Below are positions 17,432 to 26,156 of a DNA stretch of 64,000 nt, piece after piece (within the stretch, counting starts at the first letter, position 1; each line of letters opens with the position of its first letter). Both the position numbers and the translations under genes were made by a program. The notes under the pieces were generated by a model that made no database searches, was not told the origin of the DNA, and was given only the letters and a program-made list of their open reading frames with translations. The stretch is from a virus (taxonomy: Duplodnaviria; Caudoviricetes): positions 37,819 through 101,818 of IMG/VR virus record IMGVR_UViG_3300043726_000004, one strand, 5' to 3'.

Positions 17432-19966
17432 ATGACTCAAACAGCCCTGGCCCAGGCTGCAGCCAAGGAGTATGGCGTCGTACATCCTCCCGTTCGATGC
17501 CCTACATGCCCATACGGTGGTGCGAGAGTTGGTGCCGTTGGCCCCAAAGACGCGGACCTGTGCATCGTCGGTGAAGCCCCAGGTGCGCAGGAGTTAGCTA
17601 ATGGCGTTCCTTTCATTGGACCCAGTGGTCGACTACTCAAAACTTGCCTCCGTCGAGCCGGACTTGAAGCTGATTATCCGGTTTTCATCACCAACAGTCT
17701 TTCATGTAGACCTACTGCTAAGCCTACCGAGCGCGGCTTCAAAACTGCGCTCGGTTGTTGCCGTAGTAGAGTACTGGATGAGGTTTTCGGAATTCGACGC
17801 AAGGTGGTACTGGCTACAGGAGCCAGTGCTCTCAAAACACTCACTGGTGATCTCAACGCGACCATTACCAGTGCCCGCGGTAGGGCTATTGTTCGTGATG
17901 ACGGTACGATCGTCGTCCCTACTCTCCACACTGCTGCTATTCTGCGCAAGCCTCAAGAGTTCCGAAAGCTCACTGCGGACTTCGGATACGCTGTCCACCT
18001 CCTACGTGGAGGAAGCCTCAAGTCAGCTGGAGAAACTGTCCACAGCGTCCTTCTGTCCGAAGACCAGGTTCGACGATTCGCCCAACTTGTTCACTCTCTC
18101 CCACCACACCCCTACACAGGACGGATCACCTTAGTCGCTGACATTGAGACGAGCGGCTACTCCCCTCGGTATGACGACATCCTGTGTATCGGAATAGGAT
18201 GGAAGAAGAACCGCATTATGGTAGTACCAGGCACGTTGTGGGCGTGTCTGAAGGAAGCCCTAGAGGACCTAGACATCTGTTGGGTGTGGCAGAACGGCAA
18301 GTTTGACTCGTCGTTCTTTCAGGAACGTGGTGTGTACTCCCGAGTAGACGAAGACACCATGCTCATGCACTACGCACTGGACGAGACGCGTGGTACTCAC
18401 GACCTGGAACAGCTAGCGTCCGACAACTTGGGTATGCCGAACTACAAACTGGAAATGCGGCATAGGTACCTGAAGAAGAAGTCCGACTCGTTTGCATTAG
18501 TTCCCGCCAACGCACTGTACCGCTACAATGCCGTTGACGTCGATGCGACGTTGCAGGTCTTCGACATTCTGGCCGCTCGACTGCAGAAGGACCCCACCCT
18601 CGAACGTCTGTACCGCCAAACACTGCTACCGGCGAGCGCCTTTCTCCAGAGAGTCGAAAGACGAGGCTTCTACGTCGACCAAACGACTCTGAACCGACTG
18701 GACGAAGAGCTAGGCAGTCAGCTAGGTACTGCCAGAAGCGGACTCCAGAAGTTCGTGGGCGACACAGGCATTTGGGATCCTGCTGCATATGTACGTTCCA
18801 CAGGCCACAAAAAGGAACCGACCTTCTTCAATCCAGGCAGTCCCGAACAAGTAACCTGGATTCTGTACAACCGTCTTCGACTGAAGTCAGCCAAGAACCT
18901 CCCTCAGGACAGCCGTGCAGAAACTCTCAAGAGCCTACCGCAGGTTCCGTTTGTTACGGAACTGCTCAAGTTCCGTGGCGTCGAGAAGCAGTACGACACC
19001 TACATCAAGGGTACCCGACGAGCTATACAGCCCGACGGCCGTGTACATTCCACTTACCTTATCCACGGGACAGTCACAGGACGTCTTTCTTCTCGCAACC
19101 CAAACATGCAGAACATCCCGCGGGAAGGAAGCATCAAGCTGGTATTTGCAGCACCTCCTGTCGGAAGTGATGGTCGTCCGAGAATCCTTATCGAGGTCGA
19201 CTACAATCAGGCTGAATTGCGGGTGCTTGCTGCATTTAGTCGAGATCCCTTCCTCGTTCAGTGTTACGTAGAAGGCCGGAAACTCCACGACGAAATGGCG
19301 CGGTACCTATACGGATACCCGTACACGAAGTTCCAGTATATCCGCACTAAGGCTGTGAACTTCGGCATTCCGTATGGACGTACAGCACCAAGCATCGCAC
19401 TGGAGCACAATATCCCGATACCAGAAGCCCAGCGCATGATTGATGACTGGTTCAAACGTGCTCCAGGTGCCTACAAGTACATCATGTCTTGTAGGCAAGC
19501 ACCAGTGCAAGGGAAAGCCCTTGTAACGCCTTTCGGTAGAAAACGTCGCTTCGGCCTCGTGACTCCCGAAACACTCCACGATCTGCAGAACGAAGCATCC
19601 AACTTCCCGATCAGTTCGACGGCGTCAGACTGCACGCTGCACTCGGGGATGAGAACTGACCGCAAGCTGGAAGCAATGGATTGCAAGGTCGTAAACCTCG
19701 TCCACGACTCGATCATCATTGAGGCACCGTACGATCGGTCGGTAGTCGAGGACGCAATCGGTTACATGTCCGAGACGATGACCCAGGTCCCCAGGGAGTT
19801 CATCGGCGGACTCGTACCGTTTGCAGCTGACGCCAAGGTCGGCTTCGCATGGGGCGCGATGCATCCTTGGGACGATCCTAGCGACGAGGACAACTTGAAC
19901 CACGAACTCCCACCACTCGAGCTATACCATGTCCCGCAGGAGAAGGAATTAGCCTGGGTGGCGTAG
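17432..19966 (+). CDS. family A DNA polymerase with N-terminal family-4 UDG and 3'-5' exonuclease domains
   Basis: GEAPG..E...PFIGPSG; DIET, KFD, YNAVD; TGRLSS, DYNQAELR, KAVNFGIPYG, VHDS. Confidence 0.95.
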   Translation: MTQTALAQAAAKEYGVVHPPVRCPTCPYGGARVGAVGPKDADLCIVGEAPGAQELANGVPFIGPSGRLLKTCLRRAGLEADYPVFITNSLSCRPTAKPTERGFKTALGCCRSRVLDEVFGIRRKVVLATGASALKTLTGDLNATITSARGRAIVRDDGTIVVPTLHTAAILRKPQEFRKLTADFGYAVHLLRGGSLKSAGETVHSVLLSEDQVRRFAQLVHSLPPHPYTGRITLVADIETSGYSPRYDDILCIGIGWKKNRIMVVPGTLWACLKEALEDLDICWVWQNGKFDSSFFQERGVYSRVDEDTMLMHYALDETRGTHDLEQLASDNLGMPNYKLEMRHRYLKKKSDSFALVPANALYRYNAVDVDATLQVFDILAARLQKDPTLERLYRQTLLPASAFLQRVERRGFYVDQTTLNRLDEELGSQLGTARSGLQKFVGDTGIWDPAAYVRSTGHKKEPTFFNPGSPEQVTWILYNRLRLKSAKNLPQDSRAETLKSLPQVPFVTELLKFRGVEKQYDTYIKGTRRAIQPDGRVHSTYLIHGTVTGRLSSRNPNMQNIPREGSIKLVFAAPPVGSDGRPRILIEVDYNQAELRVLAAFSRDPFLVQCYVEGRKLHDEMARYLYGYPYTKFQYIRTKAVNFGIPYGRTAPSIALEHNIPIPEAQRMIDDWFKRAPGAYKYIMSCRQAPVQGKALVTPFGRKRRFGLVTPETLHDLQNEASNFPISSTASDCTLHSGMRTDRKLEAMDCKVVNLVHDSIIIEAPYDRSVVEDAIGYMSETMTQVPREFIGGLVPFAADAKVGFAWGAMHPWDDPSDEDNLNHELPPLELYHVPQEKELAWVA

Positions 19967-19990
19967 ATGACGAGACCGGGAGACTAACTC

Positions 19991-20179
19991 ATGGCAGGCT
20001 CAGGCTCACAGTCCACGTTCCAGAAGTTCACAGCACGCGGCGGTTCTCCCCAACAGTTCTACCAGCTGGTTGTGTCCGGAAAGATTCCGGCCAACAAAGG
20101 CTCGAACAAGGGTTCAGTACTGCGCAAAGGAGCTGCCACGTTCGCCAAACGACGTAAGGGCAAGAAGGCGAAGGCCTAG
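19991..20179 (+). CDS. small basic Gly/Lys-rich protein
   Basis: GGGAG RBS; no acidic residues; KRRKGKKAKA tail. Confidence 0.7.
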   Translation: MAGSGSQSTFQKFTARGGSPQQFYQLVVSGKIPANKGSNKGSVLRKGAATFAKRRKGKKAKA

Positions 20180-20182
20180 TGG

Positions 20183-21076
20183 GTGAACGCAGAACCAGAA
20201 GCACAAGAACAACTGCCAGGAACGCCGGAGGAAGCGATCAGACAGGCGTGTCAGACTGCTGATACGGCTGTCGAAGCCTTCTACGACCTCCGCCAGCGAA
20301 TATTCGACCAGTTGTTTCCGAACAACGACGGCAACCTATACAACCACGCAGTGCGTGAGATGGAACTTGCCGGACTTGACAAAGAGGACGCGGATTATGA
20401 CGGAGACATCTACAAGCACGTTCTACAACTAATCCGCGTCTTCGTATGCCAAGGCCACTCAGGTGGGAGTGCCCAGCTGACATCGGACCTCTTCTGTAAG
20501 TTGGCCCGATATGAGACCCTCACGCCAAATGACCACAGCATGAATAAGGACGTCAGTGACCATGTTGATAAGGCCCCAGGGTCGCTACTCCAAGACGTCC
20601 GAGACTCCCGCTGGTTCAGCGAGGACGGAGGTAAAACTTGGTATTCGGTTGACGACGAGGGCCTCAAGGTGGGGACAGCGAACTACCGTACCAGTTCAAC
20701 AGTGAAGGAACGACAACACATGTCCACAGATCCGAACGCCGAACCCGAAGAGGAAGACGAAGACAATGCCGCGGAGGAACCCGCAGAGCCGGTGGCGGCA
20801 ACGCCCGAAGGCAGCGCGGGAGCAACTGGACAAAATCCTGAACCCAGTGGAGAAAAGACTCCGCCAGGCCAAGAAGGCTCGAGAGGCCAGGGAGTTCCAG
20901 GACAATCAGGAGCTCCACCCCGAGTCGAACAACCAGTAAGCGGACCTCCTGGTCAGACAGGTACCCACCCACAAGGCGGCCCTCCAGGGCAGCAGAACCA
21001 ACCTCAGAACCCGAACCAGCCACAAGTGAACCCGCTTGACGAAGGAGGACAAGCGGCGTCCGAGCAGAAGGAATAG
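20183..21076 (+). CDS. conserved phage protein (GHSGGSA motif) with low-complexity P/Q/G/E tail
   Basis: Globular N-terminal half; possible internal start MSTDP at 20720. Confidence 0.7.
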   Translation: MNAEPEAQEQLPGTPEEAIRQACQTADTAVEAFYDLRQRIFDQLFPNNDGNLYNHAVREMELAGLDKEDADYDGDIYKHVLQLIRVFVCQGHSGGSAQLTSDLFCKLARYETLTPNDHSMNKDVSDHVDKAPGSLLQDVRDSRWFSEDGGKTWYSVDDEGLKVGTANYRTSSTVKERQHMSTDPNAEPEEEDEDNAAEEPAEPVAATPEGSAGATGQNPEPSGEKTPPGQEGSRGQGVPGQSGAPPRVEQPVSGPPGQTGTHPQGGPPGQQNQPQNPNQPQVNPLDEGGQAASEQKE

Positions 21077-21151
21077 GCCCGCCTCCGCCTACACCTCTTA
21101 CCACCTGGCAACCTAGGGGGGTACCCCACCACCTCCCTTAGTCAAGGACTT

Positions 21152-21607
21152 ATGACTGAGCAATCGTCAGCCGTGACCGAACCTACACGTACGCGTGAGG
21201 GCGACCAAGTTCTACCATCCGATGGTCTGCAAGACGTTGGACCTGAAGTCATCAAAGATGTCGACGCTACCGGCCTATACTCAGAACGGGTGCGCACTGC
21301 GGTCATTCTTGACCTTCACAGGCGTATTGAGTTGGGCACTCAGCGTTATGGTCATCCACTGCAGACGTTCAACAACCGTAACGCCATTCAAGACCTCTAC
21401 GAGGAACGCCTCGACGCTGCACACTACTCCAAGCAGGTCATGATGGAGAACCGACTCCTCGGCCTGCAGATGACACCGTACGACAGGATGTATCGTGATG
21501 CGATCCGTGACATTCTCGAGTTGCGAGAAATCCTGCTTGGCGAACCTCGTGCGATCCCAGGTGCCGAGGCGATGCGCTCTGCACTCGCTTCGACCCCGGA
21601 CAACTAG
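21152..21607 (+). CDS. MazG-like all-alpha nucleotide pyrophosphatase (putative)
   Basis: R..LG..RYG..L...DLYEERLDAAHY acidic helix. Confidence 0.5.
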   Translation: MTEQSSAVTEPTRTREGDQVLPSDGLQDVGPEVIKDVDATGLYSERVRTAVILDLHRRIELGTQRYGHPLQTFNNRNAIQDLYEERLDAAHYSKQVMMENRLLGLQMTPYDRMYRDAIRDILELREILLGEPRAIPGAEAMRSALASTPDN

Positions 21608-21636
21608 GTTACAATAGTAACATAGGCAATGTAACC

Positions 21637-22140
21637 ATGCAGTTTGTAACCGGGAACATGTGGGAAGTTGGGCGGGACACTGCCACAGCTGTGTGGGTAG
21701 TTCCGACCAACGGATCCACAAATGGTCGTGGTCACGCAGTGATGGGCGCCGGCGTGGCCAAGCAAGCGTCCTCGATGTACAAGGAGCTGCCAGAAGTCCT
21801 AGGACGACTCATTCAGGCGTGGGGCAATCACTGCTTGTTGTTGCCCCATCGTCTGGTCGCGTTCCCAGTCAAGAACCTATGGGAAGAGGATGCGGACCTC
21901 GAACTCATCGAGCGTTCCGCCTACGAGTTGGCACTCCTCACCTCGGTATACAGATGGCGCCCTGTGATCCTACCAGCCGTTGGGACGGGAAACGGAAATA
22001 GGACATGGAACGAAGTGGGCCCAATACTCCTCGAGAACCTGGAGAGCGATCGTTACCTACTGGTAGCCAACAGACCGCTGATCGTACGACCGAATCCAGT
22101 GGTTCAACCATCAGCACCATCAAACCCCACCGCTACTTGA
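21637..22140 (+). CDS. macrodomain (ADP-ribose binding or hydrolase) protein
   Basis: GNMW, VPTN, VMGAGVA, FPVK, LPAVGTGNG..W. Confidence 0.85.
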   Translation: MQFVTGNMWEVGRDTATAVWVVPTNGSTNGRGHAVMGAGVAKQASSMYKELPEVLGRLIQAWGNHCLLLPHRLVAFPVKNLWEEDADLELIERSAYELALLTSVYRWRPVILPAVGTGNGNRTWNEVGPILLENLESDRYLLVANRPLIVRPNPVVQPSAPSNPTAT

Positions 22141-22156
22141 AGGCAGCAACAGGGAA

Positions 22157-22429
22157 GTGCCGAATATGTTCGAAGGGACCAGGTGCGCACGACCTGCCAG
22201 TGAGGTCGAGGTCGCGATAGAGAAGATGGCCGCCACAGTCGTGGCCGAACAACTACGTGACGCCCGAGAGTCGTGGGAAATCTACACCCTGTGGCGTGAC
22301 ATATTCATCCGCCTTTGGACTACGCGGAAACCTCTTACCATTCCTGAACGTAACTACATCCGGCAATTCATGGCTGAGGGGTTATTCCCTGCGGGGCCAA
22401 TTCACGGTTTCTGGAGCTCACCCCCATGA
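22157..22429 (+). CDS. hypothetical protein
   Basis: Fills the operon; ATGA coupling to the next gene. Confidence 0.55.
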   Translation: MPNMFEGTRCARPASEVEVAIEKMAATVVAEQLRDARESWEIYTLWRDIFIRLWTTRKPLTIPERNYIRQFMAEGLFPAGPIHGFWSSPP

Positions 22430-22668
22430 GTAATGGTTCGTACATCGACGACGTCCTCTGGAAGGCTGTCATTCCCGATTTGTCGTTCAATCCTGATGCC
22501 GCCATCTACAAGTTCTGGCGCGAATTACGCAACGATCCCTCCACGGTGAATCCAGGGTTGCCTGTAACGCCTGAGATCGAGACCGAGGTCGGCATCCAGC
22601 AAGGCTTCTCAGGTGGCGTTGTACTCGGTTGGAATGAAACAGACGGAGCCTACATCGCCAATGGCTAA
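22426..22668 (+). CDS. LGFP-repeat-like small protein
   Basis: AIYKFW...PGLPVTPE...QQGFSGGVVLGW resembles one LGFP repeat. Confidence 0.55.
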   Translation: MSNGSYIDDVLWKAVIPDLSFNPDAAIYKFWRELRNDPSTVNPGLPVTPEIETEVGIQQGFSGGVVLGWNETDGAYIANG

Positions 22669-23209
22669 CGTAGCCGCGATCGCGCCTCCGGGCTTCACAC
22701 TCGCACAGCCTGAACCACCGCCAGAGCCATTCACGCCCACTCGTGGTTGGTACGACTACTTTGATCGCCATCGTGACCTGTACATGGCACCCCAGGTCTA
22801 CGACTGGACTTGTTCGGTCTGTTCTACGACCTGGACCCTACAGGCCACAGGGCTTGACGTGAACGCTGCACGCGAAAGTGTCGCCTATGCAATCGGTTAC
22901 CCGCAGTGCATCAACCCCGACTACGGACTGATGGACACCAACTGCCTCGAACGCGTGTTCCAGTCTTACGGTGTTGGTGTCTACACACTATGGCCATCCT
23001 TCGACCAGATGTACGAGCTCGCACAACAGACCGCAGGAATCCTGAATTCGACGCGTTGGTACCACTTCGTCGCCATCCGAGGCGTTAGCGGCCCCAACAT
23101 CTGGATTGCCAACTCCGCCAGTGGCTACAAGGGTATCTACGACCTAGTGTCACGCGGCCAGTGGGACGCTTGGGCGGGATCCTGGAAAACAGTTCTTCTT
23201 GAACCCTAG
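22661..23209 (+). CDS. C39-like papain-fold peptidase
   Basis: QVYDWTCS, HFVAIRG, IWIANS (Q/C/H/N). Confidence 0.75.
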   Translation: MANVAAIAPPGFTLAQPEPPPEPFTPTRGWYDYFDRHRDLYMAPQVYDWTCSVCSTTWTLQATGLDVNAARESVAYAIGYPQCINPDYGLMDTNCLERVFQSYGVGVYTLWPSFDQMYELAQQTAGILNSTRWYHFVAIRGVSGPNIWIANSASGYKGIYDLVSRGQWDAWAGSWKTVLLEP

Positions 23210-23380
23210 CTGGCTGGCTAACTCAACCCTCCGCTTATGAGAGAAATGGACCTACAGGGACACAGTAGGGTGAATCGTATTGAAAAGGCCCGCCAATTCG
23301 ACGTAGTGGCGACACAGATGAGTGGGGCGGTTGACTGCGGGCCTCAGTTCGCCCTTAGCGGAGGGTCAAAAGCCAGCCAG
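23210..23380. ncRNA. candidate structured RNA or long inverted-repeat element
   Basis: Nested stems: CTGGCTGGCT/AGCCAGCCAG, ACCCTCCGCT/AGCGGAGGGT, GGGTGAA/TTCGCCC, AGGCCCGC/GCGGGCCT. Confidence 0.5.
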
Positions 23381-23463
23381 GGCCCTTGTATCCGGAGTGA
23401 TTTCCGGAGGTTCGGATTTGACGCGCAAGGGGTAACCACATAAACCACGTAGGCACACAGGGG

Positions 23464-23543
23464 AAGAAAAACCCCGCTCAAGCACCTGTTCACGGCGGAG
23501 GGGTAAAGACCGTGGGAGAAGGGTGTTCGAGCGGGGTTTTCTT
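23464..23543. terminator. long bidirectional terminator-like hairpin
   Basis: AAGAAAAACCCCGCTC...GAGCGGGGTTTTCTT between convergent operons. Confidence 0.75.
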
Positions 23544-23559
23544 TACGTGCGTACGGCCG

Positions 23560-23952
23560 TTAGGCCGTGTCGGTTGTTTGCCTTGGCTGGGTGCGTTTCG
23601 ATGCTAACCGGTCTAATTCGGCCTTGAGTTCCTCAAGTTCTTCGTCGGTTGCCTCTTCGATGTGCCGGCGTACCAGTTCAGTACGGGCTTGAGGCATTGC
23701 ACGAATGACCTCGTCCAGCTTGAGGTTGACTGCAGCGTTGTTACGGTTCTGCGTGTTCTGCACGACAAACAACAGTAGGTAGGTAATTACCGTTGTTCCC
23801 GTGTTGATGACCAACTGCCACGTGTCGGAGAAATTGAAGATAGGACCCGTGATCGCCCAGACAATGACTGCTACCAGGCTAATTATGAACGCCAGGTGAT
23901 GACCAGTTACGACACCGGCGATGTTCGCAAATCGTGCAAAGGCCGCGTTCAC
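23560..23952 (-). CDS. low-affinity iron permease family protein (Fet4-like)
   Basis: VWAITGPIFNFSDTWQLVINTGTT...QNTQNR....LKLDE signature. Confidence 0.9.
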   Translation of the reverse strand: MNAAFARFANIAGVVTGHHLAFIISLVAVIVWAITGPIFNFSDTWQLVINTGTTVITYLLLFVVQNTQNRNNAAVNLKLDEVIRAMPQARTELVRRHIEEATDEELEELKAELDRLASKRTQPRQTTDTA

Positions 23953-23953
23953 T

Positions 23954-24259
23954 TTAGGAAGTCGAAGCCGGCGGAACCGTTTCGGGAGAGATAGTCTTGG
24001 CCATGAAGTCGAGAAGTTCCTTGATGTTCTGCTGTTGCTGGATAGTGATGAAGAGGATTACCCCGATGACGATCCAGAGGAGGACTATCTGACGCCGGAT
24101 AGCGCGATCGGCGGGGCTCTCATCCTTCTTGCGCGAGGAGATGAACCAGGCCAGGAATTGACTAAGGCAACCGCCCAGAAACCCTGCGAGAACCGGTGGA
24201 GAATGTTCGCCAAGGAACCCGCCGAGCAGATATAGGAACTGAGCAATACCGTTGGCCAT
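23954..24259 (-). CDS. membrane protein, holin-like
   Basis: 2-3 hydrophobic segments; at the end of the late operon. Confidence 0.55.
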   Translation of the reverse strand: MANGIAQFLYLLGGFLGEHSPPVLAGFLGGCLSQFLAWFISSRKKDESPADRAIRRQIVLLWIVIGVILFITIQQQQNIKELLDFMAKTISPETVPPASTS

Positions 24260-24273
24260 TGCAAGGAGTTGAG

Positions 24274-24402
24274 GTGGGATATGCTCTGGCAGTACTCATA
24301 GCCGTTGTGCTAGGTACGGTAATCACAGTCGGTATTATGGTCTGGGTAGTGCTTTCTTTCCTAGCTATCGCCCTTGCTCCCAGGGTTGGGGTCGGCAGGT
24401 AA
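24274..24402 (+). CDS. 42-aa hydrophobic peptide
   Basis: AAGGAG then GTG; MGYALAVLIAVVLGTVITVGIMVWVVLSFLAIALAPR. Confidence 0.4.
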   Translation: MGYALAVLIAVVLGTVITVGIMVWVVLSFLAIALAPRVGVGR

Positions 24403-24554
24403 GATGGACGACGCGTGGACGACAAGTGGCAGTTGATATGGGCAGTGGTACTCACCATCTGCTGGATTCTGCTACGGTGGCTCACCTCAGGTCGAAGGTA
24501 AGCCACTAAAGTACGGCGGGTTGGGCCCAACCGTCAAGAGCGGAACCAGTGGTG

Positions 24555-24782
24555 TTAGCCGACCCTGCCTGGACCGGTCAGGCCGCCCTTGTAGTAGTAC
24601 GACTTGAGGCCCTTGCGGCCGGTGCTCTTGATCGTCGGCGCAGCACCAGGGCGATGAGTGATACCACCGGACATCGGCATCGTCTGGCTCAGAGACGGAC
24701 CTGTACCGTGGGGCGCGATGAGCGCGGCGTTGCCAACGCCGGTACCCTTGTGGCCCTTATACATTGTAATGACGCGAACCAT
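24555..24782 (-). CDS. small basic Gly-rich protein
   Basis: GGGAGG RBS; no acidic residues. Confidence 0.7.
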   Translation of the reverse strand: MVRVITMYKGHKGTGVGNAALIAPHGTGPSLSQTMPMSGGITHRPGAAPTIKSTGRKGLKSYYYKGGLTGPGRVG

Positions 24783-24805
24783 GTTGTTGACCTCCCTGTG
24801 GCCTG

Positions 24806-25021
24806 TTAGATTTGCACCCTCACACCACCTGGTGTGGACTTGGTGATAGCGTTCCAGGTAGGCGACGCCGGACCGCTAGTAGTGCGAGTACGAGTGTTAC
24901 CCTTGCCGGTGTCGTGATGGACAAACTCACTCGCACCGTTGCTGCCGGCGTCGGCCGTTGCCTTCGAGACGTTTGTGGCGCCGGCCATCCTACCGGCTGT
25001 GAGGCTTCCTGGCATTCTCAC
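24806..25021 (-). CDS. small Gly/Thr-rich protein
   Basis: AGGAG RBS; the true start may be MPGSL. Confidence 0.65.
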   Translation of the reverse strand: MRMPGSLTAGRMAGATNVSKATADAGSNGASEFVHHDTGKGNTRTRTTSGPASPTWNAITKSTPGGVRVQI

Positions 25022-25033
25022 TCCTGCCTTTCG

Positions 25034-25180
25034 TTACTTGCCCTTTGGGTTACCCATTCGGGCTTTGAACTTGGGGTGTAACGACCCCTTGGTCGTCTTC
25101 TTCCCGCCGGCTTTCTTGCCACCACCACTCTTGTTCCGCGCCTTGAGCATGGCCTTGACGCTAGCTGGCATTCCCGCCAT
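25034..25180 (-). CDS. 48-aa Lys/Gly-rich protein (not in the ORF track)
   Basis: AAGGAGGAG RBS; MAGMPASVKAMLKARNKSGGGKKAGGKKTTKGSLHPKFKARMGNPKGK. Confidence 0.75.
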   Translation of the reverse strand: MAGMPASVKAMLKARNKSGGGKKAGGKKTTKGSLHPKFKARMGNPKGK

Positions 25181-26156
25181 TAGGTACTCCTCCTTTCCCT
25201 TGGATAGGGTCTTCGATCACGGTGTCGAACCGTGTCGCGGTATAAATGTCTTGTACCACGGCAGCTCTCGTCTCTGGCGGGAACTGAGGCCCGACACCGT
25301 AGGCTCGAGCGGCAGCCATCAGAGTCCATACCTGACCACCATACTTGGCGGTGGTGTCCCAGTCCGTGAGTTGAGAGGCCATGCTACCGTCAGTTTGTGG
25401 TGCCATAATACCTGTAACGCGTTTAGCTGGCGGACCACCGAAACCTAGACTCTCGGCGTAGGACATTAGCCACGGAATATCTCTAGCAGGGTCCATTGCA
25501 GTCCCTGAACTGCCGTAGGTCTCCGCCAGAAAGAATCCGACCGTTTCCATGACTGCGAAGTCGAACTCTATGGTCGAAGCCTGCATCATCGAGCCATAGT
25601 TCCCCTCACTATCGGCGTCGATGACGAATGTTGCGCCTACTCGTGCCGACGATCCGCCCAGACGTTGGGACATGCCTGCGTCGCGGATGGCATCCCAGAA
25701 CCCCATGGCGAAACCTTCCCAGGTTGCAGCGTCACGCGGCGTTGTCCAGAACCCGTGCCAACCCCACTCGGTGTTGAGAATGAACCCGTGCGGGAATTGA
25801 CTAGCACACTGGCCATGCTTGTAGCCCTCGGAGTAGTTGTCGCCAGTATCGCCTCGTGGAACACTTGTCCCCCACACGTTGATGCCTTGCGTCTCGATCG
25901 CGGCCCGCAGTTCGGCAAGTCCTTCGAAGGTTCGGGGTGCTAACTCGTCAGACATCAGTCGCTGTGTAGGGTTCTCAAGTTCGCCTTGGAAATAACCGCC
26001 ATACACCACCGGCAGTCCGATGCACGGAACAAATCCTGGTGTCACCTGTGCAAGACCCTTGGCCATCGTCACTATTTCGGCCACGGACTCGTACGGTTCC
26101 AGAGGATTCATCAGGTAGACTACGGGGTGTATACTTGTCCGAGGAGTGGATGTCAA
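25161..26156 (-). CDS. hypothetical protein, possibly a glycosidase-like barrel (lysis?)
   Basis: 331 aa; WG, FILNTEWG and ETY motifs; lysis-region position. Confidence 0.55.
   Translation of the reverse strand: MTSTPRTSIHPVVYLMNPLEPYESVAEIVTMAKGLAQVTPGFVPCIGLPVVYGGYFQGELENPTQRLMSDELAPRTFEGLAELRAAIETQGINVWGTSVPRGDTGDNYSEGYKHGQCASQFPHGFILNTEWGWHGFWTTPRDAATWEGFAMGFWDAIRDAGMSQRLGGSSARVGATFVIDADSEGNYGSMMQASTIEFDFAVMETVGFFLAETYGSSGTAMDPARDIPWLMSYAESLGFGGPPAKRVTGIMAPQTDGSMASQLTDWDTTAKYGGQVWTLMAAARAYGVGPQFPPETRAAVVQDIYTATRFDTVIEDPIQGKGGVPNGGNAS

Noticed and set aside
17432-19966. Inteins or introns in PolA or TerL
   Set aside because: Lengths and motif spacing are normal; no splice motifs seen
23237-23443. 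68-aa ORF across the hairpin
   Set aside because: No RBS or motif; the region is better explained by nested inverted repeats
23210-23560. tRNA, tmRNA or SRP RNA
   Set aside because: No cloverleaf with a T-loop and no SRP loop motif recognised
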